From positions 5,332,001-5,396,000 of the forward strand of contig CM035361.1 in the NCBI GenBank assembly GCA_020137815.1: a stretch of DNA of 64,000 nt, in the 5' to 3' direction. Position 1 is the first letter of the stretch. The number at the start of each line of letters is the position of its first letter. Origin of the DNA: Hormiphora californensis (taxonomy: Eukaryota; Animalia; Ctenophora). Under the pieces are notes generated by a model. The model ran no database searches and was not told the origin of the DNA. It worked only from the letters and a program-made list of their open reading frames with translations. Shown here piece after piece: positions 23,210 through 64,000 of this stretch. Made by a program: the position numbers and the translations under genes.

Positions 23210-23520
23210 ACACTGGCTGTACTTCTATAAGTAAAGCCCATCACACTCCACTGCACCACACCATACCGACTGTACTTCTATAAGTAAAGCCCAACACACT
23301 CCACTGCACCACACCATACTGGCTGTACTTCTATAAGTAAAGCCCAACACACTCCACTACACTACACCATACTGGCTTCACTTCTTTAAGTAAAGCCGAA
23401 CACACTCCACTGCACTACACCATACTGGCTGCACTTCTATAAGTAAAGCCCAACACGCTCCACTGCACTACACCATACTGGCTGCACTTCTATAAGTGAA
23501 GCCCAACATGCTCCACTGCG
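23210..23520. repeat. ~56-bp tandem repeat (5-6 copies) in the LINE 3' UTR
   Basis: Repeated CTGGCTGTACTTCTATAAGTAAAGCCCAACACACTCCACTGCAC. Confidence 0.85.
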
Positions 23521-23655
23521 CAACATCTCACTGGAACCCTTCCACCCCATACCCCCAATTTTGGTGTCCATTTATAATTTATATCCCCCTTTTTTCTTTG
23601 CCCCTTTTTTGTTGTCTTTTTTTTTTTCTTTTTTTTTTTTTTGGATCTTTTCTGC

Positions 23656-23701
<46 letters not shown>

Positions 23702-23927
23702 ATTTTTTAACCCAGGCTCTTTTTTTACCGAGTTCTGGAGATCCGTCACATAAAAAGAACAAGTATTAAATATAAATTAGTAAGAAAGACCAGTTTAGAA
23801 AGAGTGAGTGAAAAGAGTACTGGTCGTTCTAACTTCGCAGTATCACACTCTAATTCGGGATCCTCAACTCTCTCTCATCTCTCTACCACAATTCTCATAG
23901 TATAAATTGTCTTCACACATTGTTTTT

Positions 23928-26783
23928 TTAGCACTCGTATGCCTTTCGGAAGAAGTGGGTTTTCAGGTTGGATTTGAATGATGTGATGGATGAGCTTTCC
24001 CGAAGAGAAGAAGGTAAGCTATTCCATATTTCCGGAGCAGCGACACTAAACGCACCTTTACTCGAACAATATCTGGCATAGTTCTTGTCAAGTAAGGTCT
24101 TGTCAGCATCCCTTCGTAGACTTTTTAACTTCGGTTGACGGAGTGTTATCATCTTCGATAGGTAAGGTGGGGCTATACCATTCAGTGTTTTGTATGTCAG
24201 TAGACACAACTTATACTGCACTCTTTCTCGAACGGGTAGGAAATGAAGCTGTTTGCGAAGGTTTGTGGTGCCTTGGTAGAGGCGTTGTCCAAAGACGAAA
24301 CGGGCTGCAGAGTTTTGAATCTTCTGTAATCGACCTATGTCTTTGGCAGAAGAACCAGCAAGGAGGCTGTTACAGTAGTCCAGTCTGCTGTGTATTAAAC
24401 TGTTAACGAGTTTGACTTTCAGATTAACACCCAACATTCTGTGGATTTTCCAAAGATTCATAAGGGCTAGTTGACACGTCCTTACGGTTCTGGATACGTG
24501 ACCAGATAGGGAGAGCTCTGAGTCCAGAAATACACCAAGGTTCCTTACTAGTGTAAGTGGCTTTGTAGATTCATGGTTGCTCATCGTTTGAAGGCTTTCA
24601 GGGTTTTCTGTTTTATCATGTTTGTTGTTTAACACGATTATTTCAGTTTTGCTGGGGTTGAGTCTGAGGAAGTTCTTGGACATCCACGCTTTGATGTGGT
24701 TTAAGCAACCCTGCAGTTTCGTCTCGAGGTCTAGGAGAGAATCGTTGCTGAAAGAAACATACAACTGAGTATCGTCAGCATAGAGCTCCACCATCAGTCC
24801 ATAGTGCCTAGCAATACTTTCCAACTCTTTTGTGTACAGAATGAACAACAGTGGTCCAAGTATAGAGCCCTGTGGCACTCCGATGTTGATGGCTAAGGGC
24901 GAGGATGTAGAGGTCTCAATTTTCACAGAAGCTTTCCTATCTTTGAGGTAGGAGGCAAACCATTCAAGGGCAGTACCTTCAACGCCATAATTCCTCCTCA
25001 GTTTCCCAAGTAACAATTCATGGTTAATCGTGTCGAAGGCAGCACTGAGGTCTAGCAATACAAGTACCGCCTTCGACTTCGTGTCTGTAATTAGAAGAAG
25101 ATCATTCACTACTTTTACCAGTGTGGTCTCGGTGCTATGATGTTTCCGGTACGCCGATTGAACTCCTGGAAACAGTTCGTTCGTCTCAAGGTGCTCCGTA
25201 AGCTGTATAGACGCACATTTTTCAATTAGCTTGGATATAAAAGCTAAGTTGGATACCGGTCTGTAGTTATTTAGTTCTTCCGGGCTTCCTTTCTTCTTGA
25301 ACGAGGGTCGAATCAGTGATTGCTTCAGCTGTTCAGGAACTAAACCTTCTTGTAGGCTTTTGTTGACAATGTCAGAGATAAGAGGAAGTAACTTCGGGAG
25401 AACACCTACGAGTTTGCTGGTAGGGATAGGATCGAGATCACAGTGCTTTTTCTCCATAGATTGAATTATAGCACTGAGTTCCTCTTCAGTTACTTTACGG
25501 AAGGATGAAAATGTGGCACCAGTGTAGTCAGTTTGTGGTAGTTCTGGCAATGGTTCAGATTGTTCGTTTTCAACTCTGATCGTCTCGTAGATATCCTCGA
25601 TTTTCGATTTGAAGAAAGTGCCAAAGTTTTCTGCTGTTTCACTCGAAGAATTCCCGTTAGGAAGCTCCTGTGGGATCTTGTCTTTTCCCAGTAGTTTGTT
25701 GATTAACCCACTGACAGCAGCTGGATCATCAGCCACGTAGTCAAGCTTTCCACGATAGAAATTTATCCTGGTTTTCATGAGAAATCTGGATGTTTCTTTC
25801 ATAGCTTTATTCAGAGCTGTTCTAGCTTCTTTGTGTTCTTCTTTCTTCGTGGAGTCTTTCAAGGTCGTCTTCAGAGCTCTTTCTCGTGTCCTGCGGGAGG
25901 TTTTAGCTTCCTCACATAGAGTATCATACCAAGGTGGGTGATCCGAGTCTTTAATAACCTTTTCCTGTAGTGGAGCTATCTCATCCCGTATTTCTCGAAG
26001 TGAGACGTTGTACAGGTTGAGACACCCTTCCAGTGTAGAGGGACGTGGACTTGACATCAGCGGTGACTCATCTATTTTCATAGATAGGACCTCAACGGTG
26101 AGCTTTTTCATGTTTCTGCACAGAACAGCTTTTCTTTCTCGCTGAATTGGTTTTCCGACGTGTAAGTAGAATGTGACAGCATAATGGTCAGAAACAGAGG
26201 ACTTTGCAACCTCGACTGCACTAATCCTAGGGGAAGCTTCATCATCTCTGCTGATCACCAAGTCCAGTGTACCGCCACTTTCGTGAGTTGGATCTTCAAC
26301 ATGCTGTGTCCATCGCTCATCCACAAGCAAATCACGGAAGGAGTTCGAAGTATGGTCATCGTCATCCTCAGTATGGATATTGAAATCGCCCAAAATAACA
26401 GGGTGTCCACTGAGGCCGTTTAGTGACGATATGTATTCTTCGAATTCTGCCAAGAACTCCCTCTTGGAAGAGGATGGAGGTCTGTATACCACAACCAATC
26501 TAGTTTTCTGAAGATGCCCGCCTTCGATCGTAGCTTCGATACATTCAAAAGTTGTTGGTTTGTTCTTAGTCTTGATAGGTATTACACGTAATGCTTTCCT
26601 CGCTAAGATAGCAACGCCGCCTCCTCTTGCCCCTCTTGCCGAACTATAGAGATTGTATCCTAGTTCTTTCATCAGTGCAGGGGTGACTACATCACCGTCT
26701 TCTAGCCAGGTTTCTGTCAAACCGAGTACGTCAAGGTCAAGATCGCAGCACGCCCCGTAGATTTCACCAAGCTTGTTGTTCAT
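23928..26783 (-). CDS. LINE ORF2: APE endonuclease + reverse transcriptase
   Basis: 951-aa uninterrupted ORF. APE motifs LTETW, GGGV, VYRPP, GDFN, TLDLV, SDH; RT motifs NYRPVSNL, LDLSAAFD, GVPQGSILGP, YADD. The frame stays open upstream of the first ATG (LKYGNLNCRS). Confidence 0.95.
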   Translation of the reverse strand: MNNKLGEIYGACCDLDLDVLGLTETWLEDGDVVTPALMKELGYNLYSSARGARGGGVAILARKALRVIPIKTKNKPTTFECIEATIEGGHLQKTRLVVVYRPPSSSKREFLAEFEEYISSLNGLSGHPVILGDFNIHTEDDDDHTSNSFRDLLVDERWTQHVEDPTHESGGTLDLVISRDDEASPRISAVEVAKSSVSDHYAVTFYLHVGKPIQRERKAVLCRNMKKLTVEVLSMKIDESPLMSSPRPSTLEGCLNLYNVSLREIRDEIAPLQEKVIKDSDHPPWYDTLCEEAKTSRRTRERALKTTLKDSTKKEEHKEARTALNKAMKETSRFLMKTRINFYRGKLDYVADDPAAVSGLINKLLGKDKIPQELPNGNSSSETAENFGTFFKSKIEDIYETIRVENEQSEPLPELPQTDYTGATFSSFRKVTEEELSAIIQSMEKKHCDLDPIPTSKLVGVLPKLLPLISDIVNKSLQEGLVPEQLKQSLIRPSFKKKGSPEELNNYRPVSNLAFISKLIEKCASIQLTEHLETNELFPGVQSAYRKHHSTETTLVKVVNDLLLITDTKSKAVLVLLDLSAAFDTINHELLLGKLRRNYGVEGTALEWFASYLKDRKASVKIETSTSSPLAINIGVPQGSILGPLLFILYTKELESIARHYGLMVELYADDTQLYVSFSNDSLLDLETKLQGCLNHIKAWMSKNFLRLNPSKTEIIVLNNKHDKTENPESLQTMSNHESTKPLTLVRNLGVFLDSELSLSGHVSRTVRTCQLALMNLWKIHRMLGVNLKVKLVNSLIHSRLDYCNSLLAGSSAKDIGRLQKIQNSAARFVFGQRLYQGTTNLRKQLHFLPVRERVQYKLCLLTYKTLNGIAPPYLSKMITLRQPKLKSLRRDADKTLLDKNYARYCSSKGAFSVAAPEIWNSLPSSLRESSSITSFKSNLKTHFFRKAYEC

Positions 26784-26794
26784 CGATCTGCAGT

Positions 26795-27220
26795 TTAGAT
26801 TGCCGTATTTGAGAGCAAGGTGCTGCGTTGACGGTAGTTTTTTGACATACGATCATAGTGCTCTTTGTACGTTGGGCATTTAGATGAGCCAGCATGGTGA
26901 GGTTTAACATCTGAGGAGAGTCCTGAATTGTTGATACAGTTTTTACAGCAGTGTTTCTCAGTGTCCTCTTTCAGTGAACAGCTTTCAGTAGAATGTTCCT
27001 CTGCACAATACATACATGTCGCTGGATGGGATTTCTTCGGGCATTTATCAGGGTAGTGGCCGAGGGCTTGGCAGTGAGGACATCTCTTGATGTGTACGCG
27101 ATGAGACACTCTAACGGAGGACATTTGGAAGAAGACCCTTCCGTCAGCCATTAGCTTGTCCTTCAGTTGTACTGGCAGTTTCAAGACTACTGTGGCTAGA
27201 TCCGGGTCCGCCGAGGAAGA
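26795..27220 (-). CDS. LINE ORF1 C-terminal fragment with CCHC zinc knuckles (5'-truncated)
   Basis: CPHCQALGHYPDKC, CMYCAEEHSTESC and CKNC...H...C gag-like knuckles lie directly upstream of ORF2. Confidence 0.85.
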   Translation of the reverse strand, partial: SSSADPDLATVVLKLPVQLKDKLMADGRVFFQMSSVRVSHRVHIKRCPHCQALGHYPDKCPKKSHPATCMYCAEEHSTESCSLKEDTEKHCCKNCINNSGLSSDVKPHHAGSSKCPTYKEHYDRMSKNYRQRSTLLSNTAI

Positions 27221-28066
27221 AAACGGTATCAGTTAGAGAATCGATAGCCCTAACCGATAACCCCAAACCAAACCCTAACCAGACCCTAACGGATAGCCCT
27301 AACCCGTCGCGCGCGCCAAAACTACGAATTGTTAGCAATGAAAGGCACCCAGATTTTAACGTTTTCCCGCCCCGACCGGGATTTCAAGTTTGAAACTTTT
27401 TCTTTTGAAAAAGATGAGCCGCGCGGCTCAATGCAGGAAAGACTTTCTTAAAATCGCGCGTTACATATTTTGCTGTGTAGTTATTTTGATAAATTCACAT
27501 TTGGCGCGCGCTGAAGCTCGAAATCCAAAACACGAAAATCAAAACTTTTTTCATCCACTTTTCGCAAATTTTTCACAGCTTCTTTTCCTGCCGTCGTTTC
27601 ACCAGCTGTTGTGTCAAAGTCAGTTAAGTCGTACATAATTATTACTTCCTTGATTGATACTTATTCTTCATTAAATGTGCAGTTTATAGTCTAAGGTTTC
27701 ATTTTTTGTATTTTCGCCTGACGCCGCCGGCCTCCCTTTGCCGGTTTCCCTACCCCCGAGCATCCCGCTAAATCGGGCTCCGACTGTATCTTATATTGAC
27801 TCTGATAAATAATGATTAATCTTCAAACGGTTGCCCAATGCTTGTGACTTTTGGTATGAACTTCGACCGACGGACGACGGTGTACTTTGGAAAAGTTACA
27901 AATGCTTATTTCTAGAGCGGACTCAGCCCTCAGCCCTTTGGGCTGGGAGTTAGGAGTTGTGATATGTTTTGAAATTCAAAACTTACCAAAATCCGTTTGA
28001 AATATACCAATTTTTAATTTCTTCAATCGATATCTGATCCTCGTCAATTCAATAGTCACATGAATC

Positions 28067-48190
<20,124 letters not shown>

Positions 48191-49914
48191 GAGAGTGTGG
48201 GTACCATGACAACACATTGGATGACTGTCCAGTAATATTATCGAGACGCTCTGCAGTTGAGTTGAAGGACTGCTAGTGTTGGCAGAGCTGCTAGATGCGT
48301 TGAGAGTTATAGTCAACCCCCTGCATCGTCTGCTAGTGATGAAAGAGGGATATGTTGCGTTGATGATATATCACGGACTAATTTTGTTGTTTATTGTTAG
48401 CGTGTTTTTGTTTATCACGACCTGCACGTTCTTTATTTGACACACACAATGTTAACTGTGACAGAAAGAGACTGAATATTTGAGGCAGATGGACTATTAT
48501 ATATATATATATATTGCAGAGAGGGATCGAGAGTTCGAATATCGAATTGGGTGAATTCGTTTAATATATATTGCTTTATTATTTACATCAGTATATTCAG
48601 TGTTGATTAATAACAGTTATACTAAGCTATATCGGGAAATGTTTTTATACAGTTACAAGATACTTCGCTTTACAGTGGCCTGGTGCTCCGTCATTTGGTG
48701 ACATTAATGTTGACACCTCGCACTGCGAAACATAGAGGTAGCAGTGGTATCAACTCCGTCATATTGGCCACCGAAAAACAATGTCAGCGGACTGCGTCTT
48801 AGACCACGTTGTAGCCAACGCTTTATGCAGGTGGCCAATATGACGGAGCACTACTGTAAGTAAGCCCCTTTCGATATACATATATATATGGCATTGGCCT
48901 GACCCTATTCTGCGGTCAGAGCATTGGCCTGACAGGGGATATTGGTATCAGATATATCTGATACCAATATCCCCTGTCAGGCCAATGCTCTGACCGCAGA
49001 ATAGGGTCAGGCCAATGCTCTGATACCAATATCCCCATTCTTAGAAAGTATCTAAGTAGAGATCAAAAAGTTTTACTTTTACAACATGAGGGCCAAAATG
49101 TTAATATGATTTCCAACTGACATGTCTCATGTCTAGTAGACTGTCTACCTCTCTATATCATAGACTGGACAGTGAGAAACTGACCGAGAAACCGTGGTTT
49201 TCAGAGCACTATAGTCCTGAGTTCTTTGTGTGTTTATGTTATTTGATCGTTACGTTTTACACAAAATACGCTGTTTTATTTTGTCACGTGATATAGTAGG
49301 AGCGCTTAGATCAGCACGTACCAAAAGTCGTGCGCCTCCCTTTTTGCGCATTATCATAGCTCCTTCATTTCGCATCCAATTTCTGTCTGGCGGCGCCATA
49401 CCCCAATTTGATTCTCAGTGGTCTCAGATGGGGTCGGCGGTGCCAGACAGTATCCAATCAAAACATTTCCTTCATGTTTTCGACAAAAAACTTGAGGGTT
49501 ACTTTTTGATTTGATGCGTTAGTAACCTAAACTTCGGGTGGCACGCGACTTTTGCACTTGCATGATATAAGCGCTCCTACTAGGAGCCCAAGTGTGTCCA
49601 AGTCCTGTGTAGTGTGTCTGGGGCGGAGACTTCTCCTGATCCAGGGTTGAATCACACATTGTCACATTCAGCGGTAGATATATCATGCTGAACAAGTGTA
49701 CTTTAGTAGTTTAGTACCCATGGCATGGGTCCCATGCACACTACTTACACAGCTGTACGTCTGTGTACCGTTTTTTAAAACCGCTTCGTCAATATTATAG
49801 CAGTGGATTGTCAGTGCGGGACGCGGGTACTTGTTACTAACACGCACCTACACTGACAGCGCCGCTTGTTATAGTGGAGAAACGGTTTTCAAAATCGGTA
49901 CGCAGCTAGTCTGC

Positions 49915-50310
<396 letters not shown>

Positions 50311-50770
50311 AAACCAAACTTTTCAGAAATCCATTATAATAGCTCAACAACAATTAGGACATGTGTCTTCATCCACCACTCGAATGATAGAAACTGTTCT
50401 CTCTCCTGGACAGACTGTCCATATATCCATCTCCCTCTTTGTCAGATCAACGGCCCGTGCTCATAAGTGGTTAACTGGGCGGGAAGCTGAAATGCACGTG
50501 CTATAGCTTTTTTCTATTGGCTCTCGGTATCATGTCATGATGCCGGGAGCCAATAGAAAAAATGCAGAACTTTTATAAGCTTAGAACTTTCTAGCTAATG
50601 GTTGCTGGGAAGATGTGACACGTGTACCGGTAATCTCTCTAATAAACAAACTAAGTCTAGCTGCATTCATTTCTTTGAAGCGTTTCCTGAAAATTCTTCT
50701 CAAGTGATCTTTGTTCTTTTGGTGATTCATTGGTGACAAACCTTTTGCTAAAAGTCAATTCACCCTGATC

Positions 50771-53297
<2,527 letters not shown>

Positions 53298-53784
53298 GTA
53301 AGTTGATCAATGCAGTTATAACTGGAGGTATTATATATACTAATATATCGCTTTCCATTTCCCATGAAATAAGATTACTTGCATTACGTCTTAACATGAC
53401 TTATCAAAATTACTTTTAAGTTTTTACAAAAGTGACATCGACTGAGACAACATTTGAATTTAATTAACGAGGACATCAGGTCATCAGAATCCAAACTCAT
53501 TGAGCACGCTCCCTTCACACAGCTCCAATCCGCACGTCACAAGCACAGCTAGCTGCTGCAGCTCTACGTAAAGCATCTGCGTAGCAACTCCACCTCCCCC
53601 TCTCATTAACTGAATTTAACAAAGATATTTGACAAATGATGAGGTTCAAGTCCGGCCAAATTTAGGCCGGGGTCGGATGACGAAATTGAATTCCGCATTT
53701 TGGTTTCCTTTGAAGTGTTAAACACTCCCTCTCAAAATGTTAACCCAAATTGACGAGTTTAAGCCGTTTCCTTTTACCCTTATA

Positions 53785-53941
53785 CAGTCGGACCCCGATT
53801 TACCGGAACCCCGATTTACCGGGAGGATAAACTTCCCCCGACAGAGGAAATTAACGGTTTTTGACCCCGATATACCGAGCACCCCGATTTACCGGGCAAA
53901 ACCCTTTCCCCCGAGCATCCCGGTAAATCGGGGTCCGACTG
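53785..53941. mobile_element. Pogo-type MITE copy
   Basis: Same TIRs with TA TSD. Confidence 0.85.
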
Positions 53942-54224
53942 TACATATTTCTCACTTTGGTCGTCTTGTTTGACGGCAGGGTATCAAGGCAAAGAGAACA
54001 CTTTCTCCCCACTCAACATGTCAGCTCAGTATTCCCGGGACCAATGCAATGTTAAGGAACAAGGCATCACATTGATCTTTATTCCTCATCCATCATCATT
54101 CCGATCAGAAAAACGAATTTTGAGCTAAAGGTCTGAAACGTTGGTCACGATATTTATTTGGGTTTTTAGCACTCCACGATATCTGGAACTATGGTAAACT
54201 ATAGGGAGGAACTTTTTATTGCCC

Positions 54225-54629
<405 letters not shown>

Positions 54630-54664
54630 TGTTATACTTGCAAACTTATTCGCGACAGAAGAAA

Positions 54665-55611
54665 TAGTAGAGTCGATAAGAACACTCACCTCCTCCGATT
54701 TCAGTAAAACTTCTCACATGCTAAAATATGATAATGGAGGTACAAATACCGCTTATTTTAGGTCCAAAAAGTTTTTGGTTCGTTAATTATCGCTAATTGA
54801 AAAACGCCAAAAATGGGCTAAAATGGCCCTTAAGGTGGATTTGAAATTTTGGAGTTGGAACTCCAGACTTCGTACAGGTGTCCGCTAGGATGCCAATATG
54901 CACCACAGGCGGGCTCAGGCCTAAATTCGTCCGAATTTTTGCGTAAGACCGGATGGCGTAAATCTTGGTCACGTGACCTCGGCTAACTTCTGAACCGCTC
55001 AAGTAAGGGATGTTTATAACCTGCTTAATCGATGCAGAATATGATGAAAATGACACGTTTTGACATCATTTTTCATCCCAGACGCACAGGAAAGACACAA
55101 ATCGCCTTACAAAATTGACGCCATCTAGTCTCCCGCTCTTTTTTTGCAAAACTCTAACTTCTGAACCGTTGAAGTAAGGGAGGTTCATAGCCTGCTTAAT
55201 CGATGCAGAAAGAAAAATAAATGAGAGGAAATGGCCTTATTTTTCATCTCCGGCGTGCAGGAAAGGCACAAATAGCAAAAAACTGATTTTTTGCCCAAAT
55301 CACGTGACCAAAATTCACGCCATCCGGCCTTACGCAAAAATTCGGACGAATTTAGGCCTGAGCCCGCCTGTGGTGCATATTGGCATCCTAGCGGACACCT
55401 GTACGAAGTCTGGAGTTCCAACTCCAAAATTTCAAATCCACCTTAAGGGCCATTTTAGCCCATTTTTGGCGTTTTTCAATTAGCGATAATTAACGAACCA
55501 AAAGTTTTTCGGACCTAAAATAAGCGGTATTTGTACCTCCATTATCATATGTTAGCATGTGAGAAGTTTCACTGAAATCGGAGGAGGTGAGTGTTCTTAT
55601 CGACTCTACTA
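54665..55611. mobile_element. Non-autonomous element with ~300-bp near-perfect TIRs
   Basis: TAGTAGAGTCGATAAGAACACTCACC... arms. Confidence 0.82.
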
Positions 55612-56081
55612 AAAAAACAAAAGAAAATCCGTTTTGTTTCTGGATAGGTTAAGGAACAAATAAATAATAAATAGATGTAACACAGTAACACGTCATATAA
55701 TCATCAATTAATGTCATCATATAATAACAGCTAAATTTGCTGCACTCAAATACACTTGATCACGTACACACTTGATCATTCAAAGTTTATCAAGGATTTC
55801 TAGAACTCTGTATATTGTTTGAACTCTGTATGCTTGGATCATGTCAAAACTAGATTAGATAAATGTGATCTGCATGGCTAGAACATATGTACTACTGTTG
55901 TCTATATCACCACAAATTAGTAATTACCCCGCACAAAAAAGGCTAGCAACTATTCTCATATCAAGTGGATAAAGTGTATTTAAGTTTAACCAACAGGTCT
56001 TATTGTTATCAACTGCAAATCGAGTTTTATCTTGACCGAACATTGTATAACATCGCACTATACTATTAACTATTGTCAGGT

Positions 56082-61387
<5,306 letters not shown>

Positions 61388-61839
61388 ATCTTTGAACTGG
61401 AATCAATTGATGGTTATAGTTTTTAAAGTTAAAATATATGTTTATGTAACTCAATACATATATCGCAACCATAAAATTACTTGCTAAGAACACTACAAAG
61501 ATAAAATTACGTATATTGCAATCAAAACATGAAAAACAAATGCAAATGCAACGCAAGGAATTGTCATACTTCGATGAGTGAAATGTCGCGTACGGTTCGG
61601 ACAGAGGGCTTTCTTTTGTGAGAAGATTGCGAAAACGAATTGTTGCTGAATTCTAACCCAATTCCTCTACATTTGAAAAGGAGCTCGCGAGGGTCTAGCT
61701 AGGCAAGAAAACGATAGATCCCGATAAAACTTTAATAAAGGGTCACAAAGGTCAGATGGCACAAGAGTGAGAAAGAACATTTTAATTGCTGCAAGCTCAA
61801 GTCAAGATATCCTTAGAAACCCTCTCACTCACTCTATCA

Positions 61840-61914
<75 letters not shown>

Positions 61915-62011
61915 ATCATCCCTCTCTCTCTCTCTCTCAGCTGTTGTATGACAAATAAAGAAGCGTGTCACACCCTAGGGGCTACTTAACAACAAACTGT
62001 CATGAATCAGA

Positions 62012-62159
<148 letters not shown>

Positions 62160-62622
62160 ATTAACAGAACAAGGGGGTAAATGAGTAAATAAGAGATCTG
62201 TTGCAAGAGGGAGGATACCGCAAGCATTAGGAAGCAGGTTTACTATACCAAAAACCGGGTCAGAGGGTCTACATATTTGGGCACTATACCAGCTACATTG
62301 CTGCATCTTTGAATTTCTAAAACTAACTTTTTCAACAACAAAAAATACCACGACTCTTTGATAGCCACTAATATAATAATAATAATAATATCCGTACTTA
62401 TATACACGCTCATACCACATAGGTTACCAGAACTAAAAAACTAGTAAACTACACGGCAATCAGAGCGGTTCACCATTGCAAACATAACTATAGTCTTAAA
62501 AATGAATAAAATGTTCTAAATCCCAACTAAATGTCCGGTGCTCTGATGCCCAAAAGACCAGTTCAAAACCTAGCTTAATTTGTAAATACACAAACTCAAA
62601 CACAGCAGTCTCGTACTGTCTC

Positions 62623-63536
62623 TCACACTTCCTCCACCTTGCCCCCTCGAATCCCAAATGTCTTCCCCGGCTCCGCCTCCTTCCTCTCCTTCAGCGCTAC
62701 CACCAGCTTCCTCCTCTCCTCCGGAGAACGGTCAGGGGAAATATAGACATCTTTGTGCCTATCAGAGTTTTTCAGAGATTTCTTACTGGATAGTATTTGA
62801 TCTCGGAAGTCTTTGCCACATAAACGTAGCTTACAGGCCTGTCAGAAGCCATCCTTATACTTCCCAAGTCGCTTCATACTGGAAATACCAGTAATACAAG
62901 CACCCATACTGTTAAACACTCTCTTGATCTCGCTCTCCAGATCCTGATCGTTCTCAGCTTGTCATCAAACAGACCGTGAACAATAACATTGCTCGTCCTG
63001 TCCTCTGTCGCTACAGCAATAGCCTGACGTACTCGCTGCGGTGCTAGGGCAGTCTCACAATTCTTCTGGAGAACATTAGCAAATGATTTCATCTCCCTCT
63101 CAGCGGTAGTCTGCACAGCACTGATTTCACCGTCTCTCTTCTCCAACAGTTGACACTGTAGCTTAACTAAGCGGTCCTGTGCCTCAACTAACAAACGCTG
63201 CGCGGGTGATCAGCTCCTCTTGGCAGTCAATGATTCTCCTCTCACACTCCTCAGTTTCAATAGAAAGCTTATCAATAGCTGGGGTAACACCGCTCAACTA
63301 GCAAGCGACATGCCTTCTCTGCAAACTCAGCAAGTTCAGGTTTTCCCACTGGCCTTGATCTTACTCTTACTAGGACACTTCAGATTGTCCCAGAAACAGG
63401 AAGCTGAACTAGCAGACCAATTCTTGGGAAAGAATCTGCCCTCCTTCACATGAACGAAAAGTTCTCGCACTAGGTCCACAACTTCACTCTGAACCTCACG
63501 GTATACCCCCTTTGTCACTCTTTCATCACTGTTCAC
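62623..63536 (-). pseudogene. Decayed LINE ORF1-like sequence (coiled coil + RRM/CTD type)
   Basis: Fragments LVKLQCQLLEKRD..., EDRTSNVIVHGL, RLGKY, VYISPDRSPEER..KLV..LKERK..RGGKV are split by stops and frameshifts. A (TAT)n tail-like run lies at ~62370-62390. Confidence 0.6.
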
Positions 63537-64000
63537 TCTGGCGGTTAGAAAAGTACCATCATGAGGGGAGAGGGTGACCAGGGGGGTTTTAAAATTTGGG
63601 GAGATGCTTCAAACTTTACGATAAGGGAGGTCACAAAAACGACACAAATGCTGCAACTAATTTTGAAATAAAAGTAGCAATAAAATTTTGTGCGTTGCGG
63701 TCATTAGAAAAAGGAGCAACACATAAATAGCTGAGGCTAACTTTTCTTTTCCCCTTCCCCTTTTTTTTCCCCCCTTTTTTTTTCCCCCCCCCCCCCCGCC
63801 CTCCCGGGGCCCCCCCTTTTTTTCCCCCGGGGCCCCCCCCCCCCCCAACGAAAAACTTTTTTTTAACTTTTTTTAAAAAATAATGGGGAAAAATATATGG
63901 TTAATTAGTTTACCTAAAAATTAGATTTAATTTTATTCCCCAATCCATTTTAAAAAACCAAATTAAATGGACCCCCCCAAAAAACAAAAATTAAAAAGGG

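Larger units (their letters stand above)
22758..27220 (-). mobile_element. 5'-truncated non-LTR retrotransposon (CR1/L2 group)
   Basis: ORF1 3' remnant, intact ORF2, and a ~1.2-kb 3' UTR ending in AATAAA plus a (TATTTG)n tail at ~22758-22787. Inserted into an inverted-repeat arm with only ~2 bp of overlap. Confidence 0.9.
21479..27366. mobile_element. Inverted-repeat (~260-bp arm) structure whose right arm is split by the LINE
   Basis: 21479-21741 is the reverse complement of 22641-22757 joined to 27221-27366; the arms contain GGTTAGGG-rich tracts. Confidence 0.8.

Noticed and set aside
23560-23730. Poly-T/Lys-rich ORF or internal poly(A) tail
   Set aside because: Homopolymer-rich tract that looks like poorly polished sequence; the LINE's real tail is at ~22758.
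63700-64000. G/C and A/T homopolymer region
   Set aside because: Looks like low-quality consensus of a repeat end; not interpretable.

Overview
Intron-rich, repeat-rich animal genomic DNA. It is probably a ctenophore of the Pleurobrachia type; this is inferred from the dominant ~108-bp MITE and a lineage-specific secreted domain, and was not verified by any search. Genes reconstructed by hand from GT-AG exons: a small orphan (+); a tightly packed co-oriented trio SRP9 -> PFDN2 -> KIF3B (-); an I-BAR/WH2 MTSS1/MIM-like gene (+, ~20 kb) with a GPR157-like GPCR nested antisense in one intron; a secreted protein with a Sushi domain (+); and a five-finger C2H2 gene (-). Mobile DNA: a 5'-truncated CR1/L2-group LINE with an intact APE-RT ORF2, a decayed LINE ORF1, about 18 copies of a hAT-type MITE and many other TIR elements. 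The most unusual signal is repeated duplication of sequence straddling 3' splice sites. This includes a ~40x45-bp array whose unit is itself a GT..CTAAC..CAG mini-intron and an 11x50-bp array of stop-carrying decoy acceptors. Also notable: an operon-like cluster with unpaired acceptors just before each ATG, a perfect 319-bp palindrome carrying Penelope-type hammerhead ribozyme motifs on both strands, and a candidate -1 frameshift linking LINE ORF1 and ORF2. Most entries in the supplied ORF track are microsatellite or MITE artefacts.
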